A stretch of 64,000 nucleotides of DNA from NCBI RefSeq assembly GCF_964204645.1, contig NC_134027.1:14230485-14294484 (forward strand), written 5' to 3'. Numbering within the stretch: the stretch's first letter is position 1; every line of letters begins with the position of its first letter. Origin of the DNA: Tubulanus polymorphus (taxonomy: Eukaryota > Animalia > Nemertea). The notes under the pieces are model-generated. The model was not told the DNA's origin. It did no database searches and saw only the letters and a list, made by a program, of their open reading frames with translations. Below, piece after piece: positions 36,876-49,799 of the stretch. Both the position numbers and the translations under genes were made by a program.

Positions 36876-39375
36876 AGGGTTTCTGCTGCCTTCGCAGAAA
36901 CCCTATTGTATTCCTGCTGATTATTATTATTATGATTATTATTATTATATTCTTTTTCACACTGGATCTTACTGAAAGGATAAAAACAACTGCAACTTAC
37001 TTTCACTGTCACCAAACCATTCTGTAACACAAGTACTATGCTGCATTGACAAATACTGTATATAATATTAATCAGAATGCCACTGTTTACTCACTGTGAG
37101 CCTCTAAACATCGAAATTTAAGACCGATTCAAACAGTATCCATCTACGTATGTGTATTGCCTACGTGTCTTATTCCCACAATACTGCAGTACGTGTATTT
37201 GAGTGCGTATCCGTATATGCAGTGATAGAGAGCCCTGTTCTAGATCTGTAGTAAAAAGTATTTTTATCACTCTACGAGTCGATTGTTTTGCCGTTGAAAT
37301 AGGACATTCTCGAGTGAACGCAACTGAGGAATTTTTATAGCCTTGTTTGTGCCGCATATACGTACGTACAAGCAATAGCATCCTTGCAGTAACTTCCCTG
37401 GATAGAGCTAATGAATGCAGCTATCGATACGCAAGAGCCTGGATGACTTTATTCTTCTGCTAGCATTACAATATTCCTTGACGGATTTACTTGAAACTTT
37501 CGTGAGATGTACGGAGCACAGGTACCTTGAGGGATCTTTGATTTGGGACCCCGTTCACCCACCAGGGCGTGTTTTACATTTGAAAATTATGACATCGAAA
37601 AGTTACTGTGAGAAAATTTTTTGTCTTTGACTTTTCAGCTTCGGGCGAGCACGAAATTTGTTCAGGCTAAAAAAGTGAATGGCACGCCCTATCTACGATT
37701 AACCGTTTGGGCTCTACGAGCTCGAAAATGGGCCCCCAAATTTTTTAATGAGACTTTTGCTCCTAGCTCCTTAACTGTTGGAGATAGAATCGTGGTTGCG
37801 ACGAGTGATCAGTAGCCCTTGCGAAGACGCTTTTATTGATGTATGGTATAACTATATTACTCATATGGTTCTCCAGTAGCGCCACCTATAAGACGCTGGA
37901 ATACGCATTTTCATCTATATCGACTAAGGGTAGTAATGGATTTCTTTAAAAATTGATACACATGTACCTGGTTACTAAACAAAACGAACCCCTTATATGA
38001 TTAGTTCCCATTTTAACCACTAGGGGGCGTAAATTTTGAAAAATCGATTTCAGAATCCATTTTTCGCATTTAATGCGGTCTGTTTATTATGAAAATCACA
38101 AAACTTGGTATAAGTACAAAGACATGTGTAATATGCCATCCTGCATAATTAGTTCATACAACTGCCACCAGGGGACCTTGAAAACAATGATTTTTGCTCT
38201 TAGGTCCTTAACCGTTGGCGATAGAATCGAGGTTGCAATGTGCGCATAGTAGCCCTTTTCAAGATACTTGTATTTATGTATGGTTTAAGTAGGTAACTCA
38301 TATTGTTCTCCAGGAGCGCCACCTACATTTTGCTGGAAATGCATTTTCATTGATAGCTACTAAGCGGATGAAGGGATTTCTATAAAATTGATATACATGT
38401 ACCTGGATATAAGATACAACGAATCCCTAACATAATTAGTTCCTATTCTAAACACCTAAGCAGTAGTGTTACTTTTATCTGTTCTACAAGTCGATTGTTT
38501 TGCCATTGAATTGGGACATTGCTCGACTGGATGCAAATGAGGAAATACTCCGCGTGTTTTTTCACGAATCATCGTTACAAAAGCACCGTCAGGACGTAAA
38601 CATCGAAAATTTAGCCCCATTCAATGGGGCGACATGTTTCTCGAATCGTCATCCCGTAATCAACCCGCAGGCCGATTGTCACTTCGATTATCAATTCAAG
38701 TATAAATGAACTAATTTATTGCCGCAGACTTCACATTCAGCCGCGGTCTTCAAACAGTAAATTCTAACAATAGCCCATTTTCCTCATCAAATCATACTAC
38801 GAATCGACTTGTGTCACTACATCATTGTTCCGGGGATCAGCTGTGAGTTTCTCCTCATCATGAGAATCAAATCGAGTACAAATTAATTTATTACTACCAC
38901 TGATTTGGCTGCAGGCTTCAAGGAGTTAGTTTAACAATACCTATTTTTCTTTACCAAATTAACCGTGTATTTACTAAGATAAATCTTTAGTGTATCATAA
39001 GTCGTAGGCCTAAACTAAACACGCCGAAGTCGTAGGCCTAAACTAAACACGCCGAAGAGATATAGCGGAGAAAAGCTGTTGTGTCGACGAGGTATCAAAA
39101 TAAAAGAACATATTACTGTATTCATCAGCGGGCTTCAACCTCTATATCAATACCATCAATACTCTATATTTCCTACAGTGCATACCGATCATTGTCAAAT
39201 GCACAAGGTATTTTCTAAATACAAGTATATAACACACTCCTATCCGTATGCTGGACTCACACTTGTCATTCGGAGTAAGCGTTTGCTGTGGGGCAAAGGA
39301 GATCGTTCGCTGTGACGGTTGAAGTGTTTATCGAGTTTTACGCAACCTTAAGGCTTTAGGCCTACCGGTACTGAG

Positions 39376-40476
39376 CTGTGTTGTCATATCGCGGAAAGAC
39401 GGAATCGCGGAATTTTCCAAAAACGCGGAATTTCTTCATAAACGGGTTTTCCCACAGGGATACCCACTGTCGGACAGGGCACCGGACCCAGCTTTTCAAC
39501 ACTGGGAATTAGTATTTGATAATTTATTATATCGCTAGTCAACAATAATGGAGAACCTAGGCAATACGTGCTTTGCGAATTCAGTGATACAGAGTATCGC
39601 TGCATTAACTGAATGAATACAAATCGATGGTACGTAAACGTAGGATTTGTGACACCATGGGTCATTCTCAAGGACTCACTTCCGAGTTAAGATTTGACTC
39701 TGGTCTCTGGATTTAAAACATCGGAAATGAATTGATTCTAAGTGACTCAGAGTTAACTCACAACTGTGGAACTGGATCGATGTCAGACGAAAATAAATAT
39801 ACATTATGTATATTTCATTCTGGTTTAGGATTGTTCATGCGTGTTGTGTGTCTACATTGTTGTTATACGCGAAGAATGTGGTTTATCTTTTAGAATTAAA
39901 TGATATGAAAGATTATAAAATGGTTTCGTTTTTTTAATGTTTACTTTGTGACTGCTATAACATATATGTTCCTATGCTGATTATTTGGATCAAAAGAATC
40001 TTATTCGTACCAGTACTGGACGACCGTAAAATTATAATGATTTCAAAGGAATTGGAACCGGTACTTGTTTGGTCGTAGGATTTCGTGTTTGCAACCATCT
40101 ACAACTACAGTCCGACACCGCGAACGTGCTCAATATTTATCTGATAATATTCGTTTCTGAAGTTCTCAAAAAGTCGATGAACTTCGATAGCCGAAGTTTG
40201 CCTAGTAGAAATAGACATTAGGTGCCTGGTCTCTTTCACCTCACTTGATTCTGACTTCTTCTACAGGTGGCAGCCAGTCAACGGTATCGTAATATAATGA
40301 TTCCATATAAAATTGCCTGCAAATAATGGGATTCGAACCTTAGTCGTTGCATCGATCGGTCCGGTGCCCTGTCCGACAGTGGGTATTAACCCGTTTACTA
40401 TTTAAAGTAAAAATGAAGAAATTCCGCGTTTTTGGAAAATTCCGCGATTCCGTCTTTCCGCGATATGACAACACCG
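39376..40476. mobile_element. Non-autonomous TIR DNA transposon (~1.1 kb)
   Basis: Long TIRs (GTGTTGTCATATCGCGGAAAGACGGAATCGCGGAATTTTCCAAAAACGCGGAATTT...); 9-bp TSD GGTACTGAG, single in the empty site near 62820. Confidence 0.88.
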
Positions 40477-41080
40477 GGTACTGAGCTTTACTCTCTCAAA
40501 CAATCACAGTATGATTGTTGCGTTTATTAACGGACTGATTGGATTGAACTTCAAAACAAAATTTATGATATTTAGGAGGGTTGTTATTCAATAGGCATAT
40601 GACCAATCTGTCCGGATGTTAGGCCTACGCATATACATAGGCTTACATAGGCTAGTAGCCTCTACTAGGTTAAAGCTAAGTTCACTGTATAGGAGGAATC
40701 AGATTTATTAAAATGCATGTTAATTAGTGATTAACTGGTTCTGACTTGCAAGGATCAATCACAATTATAAATATTTCCGTCGAGTACTATACCCTTTCCT
40801 ATGGTTTTTGCCAATATTTTCTAAATTTGGATTGATCGCCAATGGTTTTTCTATACGACCCCGCCCTGCGGTATTGCATTTTTTTTCTTGGCGTTCTCGC
40901 AGTAGAACGCGCTGGATTTTTTCGCCGTAAAAAATCTGGGAATTAGGATATTAGGGAGTTTTCACTCTCATAACGGTGAGTCCGTTCGGTTTGGGGGTTA
41001 TCCCTGGTTTCTATTTTTCCGTAAGAATTTTATTTACAAATAAAATTTGATTGAATTGAATTGATTTGTGACAGGATAAT

Positions 41081-43284
41081 TATGCCACCCCCTCCTAAGG
41101 GTCAACATCGTGGCGGGGAGGGATGCGGGCATTTGTTTGGCGCCTGGGACAACCACGATTCGTGTGCGTCGTGCAGCATAATATGTGCAAGGAGCAATCC
41201 TTGCAATATTTGCGAGGTGTGGTCCGAGGCTTCGGGCCGATAAGGCTCTTAAACTAAGAGATCGTCGTCGAGTTAGTAGGGATTCGTCGGTTTCGGCCAA
41301 CCGACGTTTCTAATCCTGTTTCTTATCGTAAAGCGGAGTGGTCGCCGGTCGTTCTGGTACGATCGGCTTCCCAACTCCTTCACCGGGGAGGAACGCTGGT
41401 TCACCGGCACCGGCCTCCGGTCATTCACCGGTCTCTGGTCGTTCACCGGTTCGGCCAGTTTGGCCGGTTCAGACTACATGTTCGAAACCGAGCGCGCGCC
41501 GCGGTAGTCGGGAACGGCCCACACCGGGTCCGGGTCGGGCATCGGTCCGGTTCGGTCCGGTTCAAGGCACCGGTCCGGTCCAGACGTCGTCCGGTTCAAA
41601 ACATCCGGTACGTTCATCGTCTGATTCTGAACGTCGCTCCGGGGATAGAGCTCGCTCTCCCACTAGATCTAGACGCCGTGAGCTTAATAAACGAGCAAGA
41701 TCTCCTTCTCGCAGATCAAGGTTTGATCGCGAGAGGGACTACGATCGTTATTGTCGGAAGTTTCGCCGTCGGTCTTCTCATCGTTCGTCGACGTCGGTTA
41801 GCGATGAAGGCGATTCTTCTAGTAGGTCTCGATCCCGTTCGAGGGACCGTCACCGAAGTCGGCATGATCGTCGGGATACTGGAAAATTCCTGACTCAGAA
41901 GGATTTCCATGTATTTGAAGAGAAAATTTTAAACTTGTTATCTTCGTCGCAACAGGTTGCTGCAACCTCTACAACAGGTAAGCCTATTCCTGATTGTCCG
42001 GTTAGAAGTTCGCCAGCCCACTCAGTTCTTCGGAATTCTGACTCTGAATTCCTGGATGCTGCGGTAGGGTCTGATTTCAATGAGGATCCGGTCCCAGAAG
42101 CGGCAATTCCTTCTGGGGTCGTTCCTGTCGCGAGCAATTGTGGGTTGCCCCAGACGATGGGGGCTTCCCTGGCTCGCCATGTATCTCCGTCCCGTTCAGT
42201 TTTATCCGAACCAGCGGGGGACATGCCATTTAGAGCGATGATAAGTGAGTTCTTTGTCAAGCACGGGGCAACTTGCGCTAAGCCCACAGCAGCTCCTCTG
42301 GTCGGTGAGTCAATGGAAGCTTATCGCCCTCCGGACTCCGATCTTAACGTTTTACGGGAATCGTCAGCAGTTTCGAGAGAATGGGCTCGATTGGATACGC
42401 AATTATGGGGTGAATGTCGGCCTGGAACATTTTCATTTCCCCCTCCAGAACGGGGTATGAAATCTGGGAAATATTTTAGTTCAACCGATCCACCTATAGG
42501 CGCATTTCGCTCGGCGTATTACGCAACTCCAGGTGCTGTGGATCACAGTCATAACTGCCTGGATGCTGATTATACTTTGATCAGCCCGGATACTGTTACA
42601 GCACAGTCGGGTATTCGTTTGCCTAAGTCCGGTTTGGTGGCCATGACGTTAATCCTGGACAATCTTACCAGAGTTGGTTCGTTTCAAGATATGGCACTTA
42701 AGGTGTTGACGGGTGAGCTTCGCGAGACTCACGCCGCCGTTCATGCGGGCTCGGACCCAGAGTCAGTTGCCCTAAAACTGGAGGGAATGGACCAGATTAT
42801 CCAATCTTTGGCTCGGTCTGTTTCGCATGTAATTCCGTTGTCGGTTCGGGGTCAGGCTAATCTTATGTTAGCCTCCCGTCAGTCAGTGATGGACTCCAGT
42901 TCCAAAACTCGTCTACCGAATATGGTGTCCAATGCTTTGCTGAGAGCCCCATTGGGGACGTCTTCACGTCTCTTCTCCAGTTGGTGCGCTCCCGTTTCCG
43001 CAGAGCTGAGGAAGATTCAGGAGGTTCAGGCCAATTCCAACTCCCGAACTCCGTGGAAAAAGCGTTCTGGTCCGACGCCGGCGGCGCAAGGTTCGGCACG
43101 GACGCAAACAGGACCATCTCAAACTTCAGCGCTTTCTCAGGCGGCTTCGGATGCCGGTTGGAGAACTAGCGCGCAACTTCAACAATCGTGTCAAGCCTCG
43201 CCCAGTCGTAATAGTTCCGGTTCGTATCGAGGCAAGGGGAAGGCTCCAAAAAGGGGCTCTTCCTTTCGGAAAAACTCGAAATGA
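41081..43284 (+). pseudogene. DIRS gag-like ORF1 (Cys-rich N-terminus, SR-rich region)
   Basis: CGH...DNHDSCASC...CARSNPCNIC zinc module followed, after a frameshift, by the 648 aa SR-rich ORF. Confidence 0.75.
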
Positions 43285-45219
43285 ATTCTTGGGACCAGTG
43301 GGAGGTTGTCTGCAGAAGGCAGCAACCCACTGGTCCGACCTTTTTGGAGATGGTTGGCCCTCCCGGGTCGTCTCTCGTGGCTACCGTCTCCGTTTCCTAA
43401 GGCGACCGCGCCTGACGAGGTCACCTCCCGACATGCGGCCAAAACAAGGTCAGGAGGCCTTAATCTCTCCGGCTCTCAAGGAATTGGCCGAGAAGGGAGC
43501 GATAGAACCAGTTTGCAACGAAACTTCTCCCGGCTGGTTTTCTAGAATATTCATGGTACCAAAGGCCACAGGGGGTCAACGGACAGTGATAGATCTGCCA
43601 TCCCTCAATCGGCACCTAGACATTCCAAGGTTCCGGATGACCAAGCCCAAGGACGTGATTCAAGGGCTCCGTCCGGGTCAATGGGCGGCTTCGTTGGACC
43701 TGAAAGATGCTTACTTTCAGGTTCTAATTCACCCAAAATCTCAGTGATTTCTCAGGATAAAGTGGAAAGGCCGCCGGTTCCAATTCAGGTCTCTTCCATT
43801 TGGCCTCAGTACGGCCCCGTGGGTTTTCACCAAGTTGGTCAAGTCAGTTCAGAAGGTACTTCAGTCAAGGGGTGTTTGTTTACCTCAACGACTGGTTAAT
43901 AGTCGCGAATTCGGCTCAGGAATGTCGGGAGGCAATGACCTCAGTCTTGGACTTAGTCCATCAGCTAGGGTTCCGCGTAAACAGGGAAAAATCTCAGTTG
44001 ACGCCGGCCCAACAGTTCACTTATCTCGGCATGGACTTCGATCTCCGAATCGGCAAAGTCTTTCCGTCTATGGCTCGAGTAGCCAAACTTCAAGAAGCTG
44101 TAGCGGGAGTGTCCACAACCCCGGGAACAGCTCGTTACTGGTCACGGCTTCTAGGCTCCATCAGCTCCATGGGTCTGGTGGTGCCCTTAGGCCGCCTCAG
44201 AAGCAGGCGCTTGCAACAATATTGGAAGGTCTTCTGGTCTCAGTCAAAGGGCAACTGGGAGGCCTTGATTCCCGTACCTCCAACCGATCTAAGTCCGGAT
44301 CTTCAGTGGTGGGCGGCAACTACGAATCTTCGGCTCGGGGTGTCACTAGCCCCGTTAGAGGCTCCAGTTCGTGTATTCACGGATGCCAGTCACCAAGGAT
44401 GGGGGGCACATCTGGAGAACCGAGTCAAAGCCGGGAGATGGTCTCGCTACGAGGCCACCAACCACATAAATTTCCTAGAAATGCTGGCTGTGTGGAAGGC
44501 CCTGAAGTTCTTTCACAGGAGAGTGGAGGGCCACCACGTTTGGTTAGCCACAGACAATTCAACAGTGAGGGCTTACCTTCAGAACCAAGGGGGCACTCAC
44601 TCAGAAACCCTCACAGGTCTGTCGGCCGAAATTCTTCTTTGGTGCCAGACAAAGGGCGTGTCCCTGACTGTGGCACATGTTAGCAGGGAAAAGGAACGTG
44701 ATGGCCGATGCTCTGTCTCGTCGAGGTCAGGCTATTGCGACAGAATGGGTTCTCCACCAAGAAGTAGCCGATCGGGTTCGGGGCATGTTTGGCAATCCGC
44801 TGCTGGATCTGTTTGCCACCCGGTTCAATCGGAGAAGTCCTCTGTTTGTGTCCCCGTTTCCAGACGCGGAAGCGTGGGGGGTCGATGCCTTCTCTCTGGA
44901 CTGGTCGGGGATGCATGCGTATGCGTTCCCGCCCACGCCAGTCCTGCCGGGCTTACTGGATCAAATAGAGAGATCAGTCAATTGCAACATAGTTCTGGTA
45001 GCACCATGTTGGCCGGCTCAGAAATGGTTCCTACCACTTCTCAACCTACTGTGCGACAACCCCAGGATTCTTTCGAATTTCCCATCGCTTCTGTCTCAGG
45101 GGAACTTTCGGCATCATCCAAACAGCCAGTGGTTAAATCTGATCGCCTGGCCATTGTCCAGCGATCCTTGTCAGCTCAGGCTTTTCAGAACAGGCTGCCT
45201 CCTTTATCGCAGGTTCTAA
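43151..45219 (+). pseudogene. DIRS pol: reverse transcriptase, RNase H and Dam-like methyltransferase domain
   Basis: LDLKDAYF, PFGLSTAPWVFTK, YLNDWL (YLDD mutated), FTDASHQGWGAH, HINFLE, TDNSTV, DLFATRFN, DAFSLDW, YAFPP; stops and frameshifts. Confidence 0.92.
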
Positions 45220-46200
45220 GCGGCCATCAACAAGTACCATTTACGATGCCAAATGGAGTCATTTTGCGGATTGGTGTGCTGCAGGGGAAATTGATCCATG
45301 CTCACCCTCTGTAGCTCAATTGGCAGATTTTTTACTGCACCTATTTGTAGTAAAAGGTTTGCAGGTCATAACTATTAAAGGTTACCGCTCCGCGATTTCT
45401 CATACATTGCGTGCTTCTGGATGGCCAAATGTAGCAGGGGATCATCGGATATCCCAGCTGGTTGCAGGGTTTTCTATTTCCCGGCCTCGGGTACCAAGGA
45501 CAGTTCCACCATGGGATCTGTCTTTTATTTTGAAGAAGTTAATGGAGGCTCCATTTGAACCTCTTTCAGCAGGGTCATTTGCAAATTTGTCAAAAAAGAC
45601 TGTATTTTTACTGTTCTTGGCTTGCTCGGCCCGTCGCTCTGAGATTCATGCGCTTTCAGTCCGACAAGGTCATATTGTCTTTAACCCAGCGAAGGAATTT
45701 GTTTCGCTGCGGCCTGCTTTGGAATTTTTGGCAAAGAACCAACGACCAGGCTCGGTTGGGCGTCAATGGCGAATTGAAGCCCTAAAACATCGAGTGGAAC
45801 CGGGCATCCCGGACAGGACTTTATGTCCTGTGCGGGCGTTGTGTTTCTATTTAGATCGCTCTGCTTCATGGAGGGGTTCACGGGAGCGATTATTTATTCC
45901 GCTGCTGGATCACCTAAAGGTGATATTTCACGGGACACAGTGGCCCGATGGGTCTCTTCACTGATCAAGGACATTTTATTGAAGGAGAATCTTTCCTCGG
46001 AGGGAGTGGTTTCTCATCAAGTGAGGTCTATGGCTACTTCCTGCGCAGCCTTTTCGGGTGCTCCGTTGGAGAAAGTCTGTCGGGCCGCCTTTTGGTATCC
46101 TCCATCGACATTCACGTAATTTTATTTACGGGATGTTTCAGGCCAGTTAGGCTCATTAGCTTCACTTGGTCCTGTTGTCATGGCTCAAGGTGTCCGTTCT
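45200..46200 (+). pseudogene. DIRS tyrosine recombinase
   Basis: TIKGYRSAI, PPWDL, ARRSEIHAL, LCPVRAL, HQVRSMATS, AAFW..STF..FYLR; frameshift near 45905 and a stop. Confidence 0.9.
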
Positions 46201-46922
46201 TTCCGATCGGACCCTTTAGTGTAGAATATTTATGTTGCATTATCAGGATCACAGGGGGTGTATCCTTGTACATAGTTTGGGCTCATATCTGCAAGTATTA
46301 ATTTCGCAAAATTCTAGGGGGGGCCCCTGAGCTGGACGGACTCACTGTGGCCAACCGGTCTTCCCTGTGCTACAGTGCTCCATTCCGTGCTTGGGTAAGT
46401 GCTCTCTTTTTCCCTCTTACCTTGCGTTTGAGCGGTGGTTTTTCTATCTACCTATCCCACCATCCTTGTGCTAGGCTAGTCTAGCAAAAACCATAGGAAA
46501 GGGTACAGTACTCGACGGAAATATTACAATTTTTGGAACTAAAATTTGTATTTCCGAGTAGTACTTACCCTTTCCAATGGTGGGAATCCCGCCCACCTGC
46601 CCCGCATAGCTGTTTTTTTGGTCTGCTATGACGTAAAAAGATGGCGGATTTCGCCGGTGGCTAAATGCAATACCGCAGGGCCGGGTCGTATAGAAAAACC
46701 ATTGGCGATCAATCCAAATTTAGAAAATATTGGCAAAAACCATAGGATATGGTAAGTACTACTCGGAAATACAAATTTTAGTTCCAAGAATTGTAATTTT
46801 ATCGCCAAAAATGAAGATTTTTTTGAAAATTTAGTCTGAGCAGACAGCTTTATAAGCCAGACTTTTCATTTGAGTTTTTTCATCATAAATGAAACTGGTA
46901 TTTCATTAATTCCTATGACTTA

Positions 46923-47249
46923 AGCCCGGCGTAGGTCGGCCTTGCAACGGCTTGTGACTCACAGCGACACCATTCACTATGACCGCCAGCGACGATTATG
47001 TCGCAACGACTCATCGACCTACGCTCCCTTGCGACGGGTTGCGACTCAGCAACGCCAGTCACAAGGAGTCGCACGTGTTCTACTTTCTGCGACGCAATAC
47101 AACTGTCACAACCGACCTACGCGCTCTTGCGACTGGCAGAAACTAGTCGCACACAGTCGCTGACAATCTTATCGCAACCGACTTGCAGCGAAACTTGCGA
47201 TGCAACGCGAGGATCGCATTGCTTCACAAGGCCGACCTACGTCCGGCTT
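46923..47249. mobile_element. PIF/Harbinger-like MITE
   Basis: TIRs (A)GCC.GG.CGTAGGTCGGCCTTG / CAAGGCCGACCTACG.CCGGCT flanked by TTA/TAA; TCGC/GCGA-rich interior. Confidence 0.65.
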
Positions 47250-47289
47250 TAAGTTACTGCGGAGCCCCAGAAATAGACCTTTCGCTTGA

Positions 47290-47785
47290 AGATTCTTTCG
47301 TCGGAACAAAATTTATTTTGTTTGAAACAATAATATTCTGTTCGATTGAACCAATTTGAAAAAATCTTTAGAACAAAGTTGAACAAACTTTTTTTTGTCC
47401 ACACGAAAGGTTTTCGTTCGAACAATCGTTCAATCGAACAGAATCGTTTTAATTTGAACAGAATTTTCTTGTCAGAACATTAAGTTTTTCGTCCGAACAA
47501 GTATATTGTAAAAAGTTTTTGTCCGAACCAAAAGTATTAAGTATTTCGTTCAATCGAACAATCGAACAGAATTGTTTTCATTCAAACATTTGTTCGAAAA
47601 AATTGTTTTCGCTCAACCAAATTTTTTTGCCGGGAAAAAAAGTTTTCAACAATAACATAGCTTTTTATTCGAACACATTTTTTTGTCTGAATGAAGAAAA
47701 GTTTTGGTTCAAACAAAAGGCGTATTGTTCGATCGAACAGAATTGTTTTCATTTGAACAAGATTTTCTTGTCGGCTCATTAAGCG
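47290..47785. repeat. Degenerate GAAC/GTTC-rich repeat array
   Basis: Recurrent TCGAACAGAAT(T/C)GTTTT and TTGAACAA units. Confidence 0.6.
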
Positions 47786-48514
47786 TGTTCAGGTCGTTTT
47801 GGAAATTTACTCGGTCTGGTATATTTTGGATTACTGTGTATGTCATTCGTCAGGAACATTAAACAGAAGACGACTTAGGATACTACCTTGCGTGACTCCA
47901 CTAGTTAGACCGACTTATTCCAAGATGAGGCGTTCCGTTGATTTCAGCTACAAGTTTTCATTCAGAGATAATGCTGAGCCATTTGGGCGACCTATCATTG
48001 ATACTGTTTCCTAATGGCCTGTTTAGTAATGGCTGATGTTGTGCCTTATCAAATGCTTTGTCGAAATCCACTATTGAACAGGATTCTAAGACTGTGCAGA
48101 AAACCCGTTATTGCTGCTTTGCAGCTATATTTTATCTTGATCTTATAAATATTTTTGTATTCCCCATGGTGCATAGCATGAGAAAAGTCGATTGGACACA
48201 AGATGGCCATCGTGTGACCTTTTTCGTGTCCTGAAAGGTCATTTTTGCCCTAAATTTTAAGATCTGTAGCTCCCAAATAAATGGTTCTCCGTTTTTTCAT
48301 TGAAATTCTCGATGGTTATACTTTGAGAAGAGCTCTGAAACATATCAGACAGTTTCTTTGATCAGTCAAGCGAATCAGCCATCTTTGTGTCATCACTCCG
48401 CATTTGTAACTAGAAAATGGTTTCTGAGGAAAGTATTGACAGGTTTTAACATACAGTCTTAATATTTGATAAATTTAATCACTGTCAATTTTAGCACTTT
48501 TTCTGTGGGGTTTC

Positions 48515-48735
48515 AGCGATCAAAAGTGTGAGTAAAGTGTTAGCAAAATAATTTAGATATGTAATATCAAATATAAAGGAATAACTATATATATTTATTA
48601 TAAAAGTGTGAGTAAAATAATTCATAGTGAGTGAGTAAAAAATAAAAATAAATACGAGCTTTCGAGAATTCATTTTTATTTTTTATGAGCTTGACCTTTC
48701 GACCTTTGGGTTAAAACAAGACTTATCTTATTACT
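48515..48735. mobile_element. Relic terminus of a third Polinton-like element
   Basis: AAAAGTGTGAGTAAAGTG subterminal motif and ...TGACCTTTCGACCTTTGGGTTAAAAC...TTATTACT end, similar to 22715-22758. Confidence 0.55.
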
Positions 48736-48869
48736 AGTACTGTACAATAATCAACCCAAAGAACGTTAGAAGCATTTTCGTGTAAAAATTACGATTTATT
48801 TTTTTTTTCTACCTTTACAACGAAGTATCAGATACAACGAGGTTTGACTGTATAGATAATGTTAGAATT

Positions 48870-49400
48870 TCGGGTTATGCTCCTGGTGAAGATCAGAAAC
48901 CATTGACTTTTTTCCAAGACAAAGATGCAGAATACCTTTCTTTTATGATAAAAAAAACTTCACCTGCGGTCTGATGACAGAGGAGTTGCTAACTCGGTTC
49001 CTAATATCTTTTATGAGGCATGTAGAAACTCCAGATGAAGCAAGTTGGAGATGAAGGTACAGTTGTTATCAAGAGAACTACTTATTAGTTCAGATCCTGT
49101 AACCAGTGCAAGGTATTTTCGATTAACCTGTTCAGAATTTTCCTAAAGTGGTTACAGTGATGCCCAACCACCGGGGGAATGGATTGATAATGTCTACAGA
49201 GTTTTTCAGAGTCTACAGAGTATTCCTACACAGGGATTTGCTCATATTCATCTACTGGCTTGGGTGAAAGATGCTCCAGAGTTTGAAATTTGAATAGACT
49301 CAAATCATTCTCATGATTAAGATGGATTTACCTTAATAAGAAATAATGCTGCTAGTTTAGTTACAACAAGACCACACATATGTAAGAAATTATTATCTTT
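48870..49400 (+). pseudogene. Helitron/Helentron Rep (HUH) relic
   Basis: Remnant peptides APGEDQKP...FQDKDAEYLSF, LISSDPVTSARYF and GFAHIHLLAWVKDAP (HUH motif). Confidence 0.75.
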
Positions 49401-49549
49401 ACAAAAACGGGTACCTGAGTCGAAACAATCGAAACAAACCATAGAACACATATAACTCACTGTAAGTTGTCAAGATTAATTAGTGCTATTTCTTCGACTT
49501 CTTTTTCTGTACAAAGCACTGAATTGTTTTTATTCCTCATTAACAAGTC

Positions 49550-49654
<105 letters not shown>

Positions 49655-49799
49655 ATACATAAATATGGATGCATAGTCGACAAGATGTTAAAATATCTAG
49701 TGAAGGATAGCCCAATGGAAAGCAAGAATGCTTGTTTGAAGCATTGGGCCACCTTAAAACACACACAATCACTCCCCTCGCATACAGATTCATACAAAA

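Larger units (their letters stand above)
40770..46797 (+). mobile_element. DIRS1-like tyrosine-recombinase retrotransposon, full length, mutated
   Basis: Inverted terminal repeats (40770-40880 vs 46663-46770); internal complementary region 46483-46575 matching both termini; gag, RT/RNase H/methyltransferase and YR ORFs; no TSD. Confidence 0.95.
36876..48132 (+). mobile_element. Family A Helentron-derived composite copy hosting a TIR MITE, DIRS and a Harbinger-like MITE
   Basis: Starts directly after the previous copy; 38540-39375, 40477-40660 and 47910-48132 match the inverted copy at 62360-63665; same 3' hairpin. Confidence 0.65.

Noticed and set aside
35488-38709. Recurrent short ORFs (e.g. 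NGTPYLRLTVWALRARKW)
   Set aside because: They recur only because the non-coding repeat is duplicated; frames are not conserved among copies.
43835-44683. 282-aa overlapping ORF in DIRS
   Set aside because: Alternative-frame overlap typical of DIRS pol/YR regions; no independent domain recognised.
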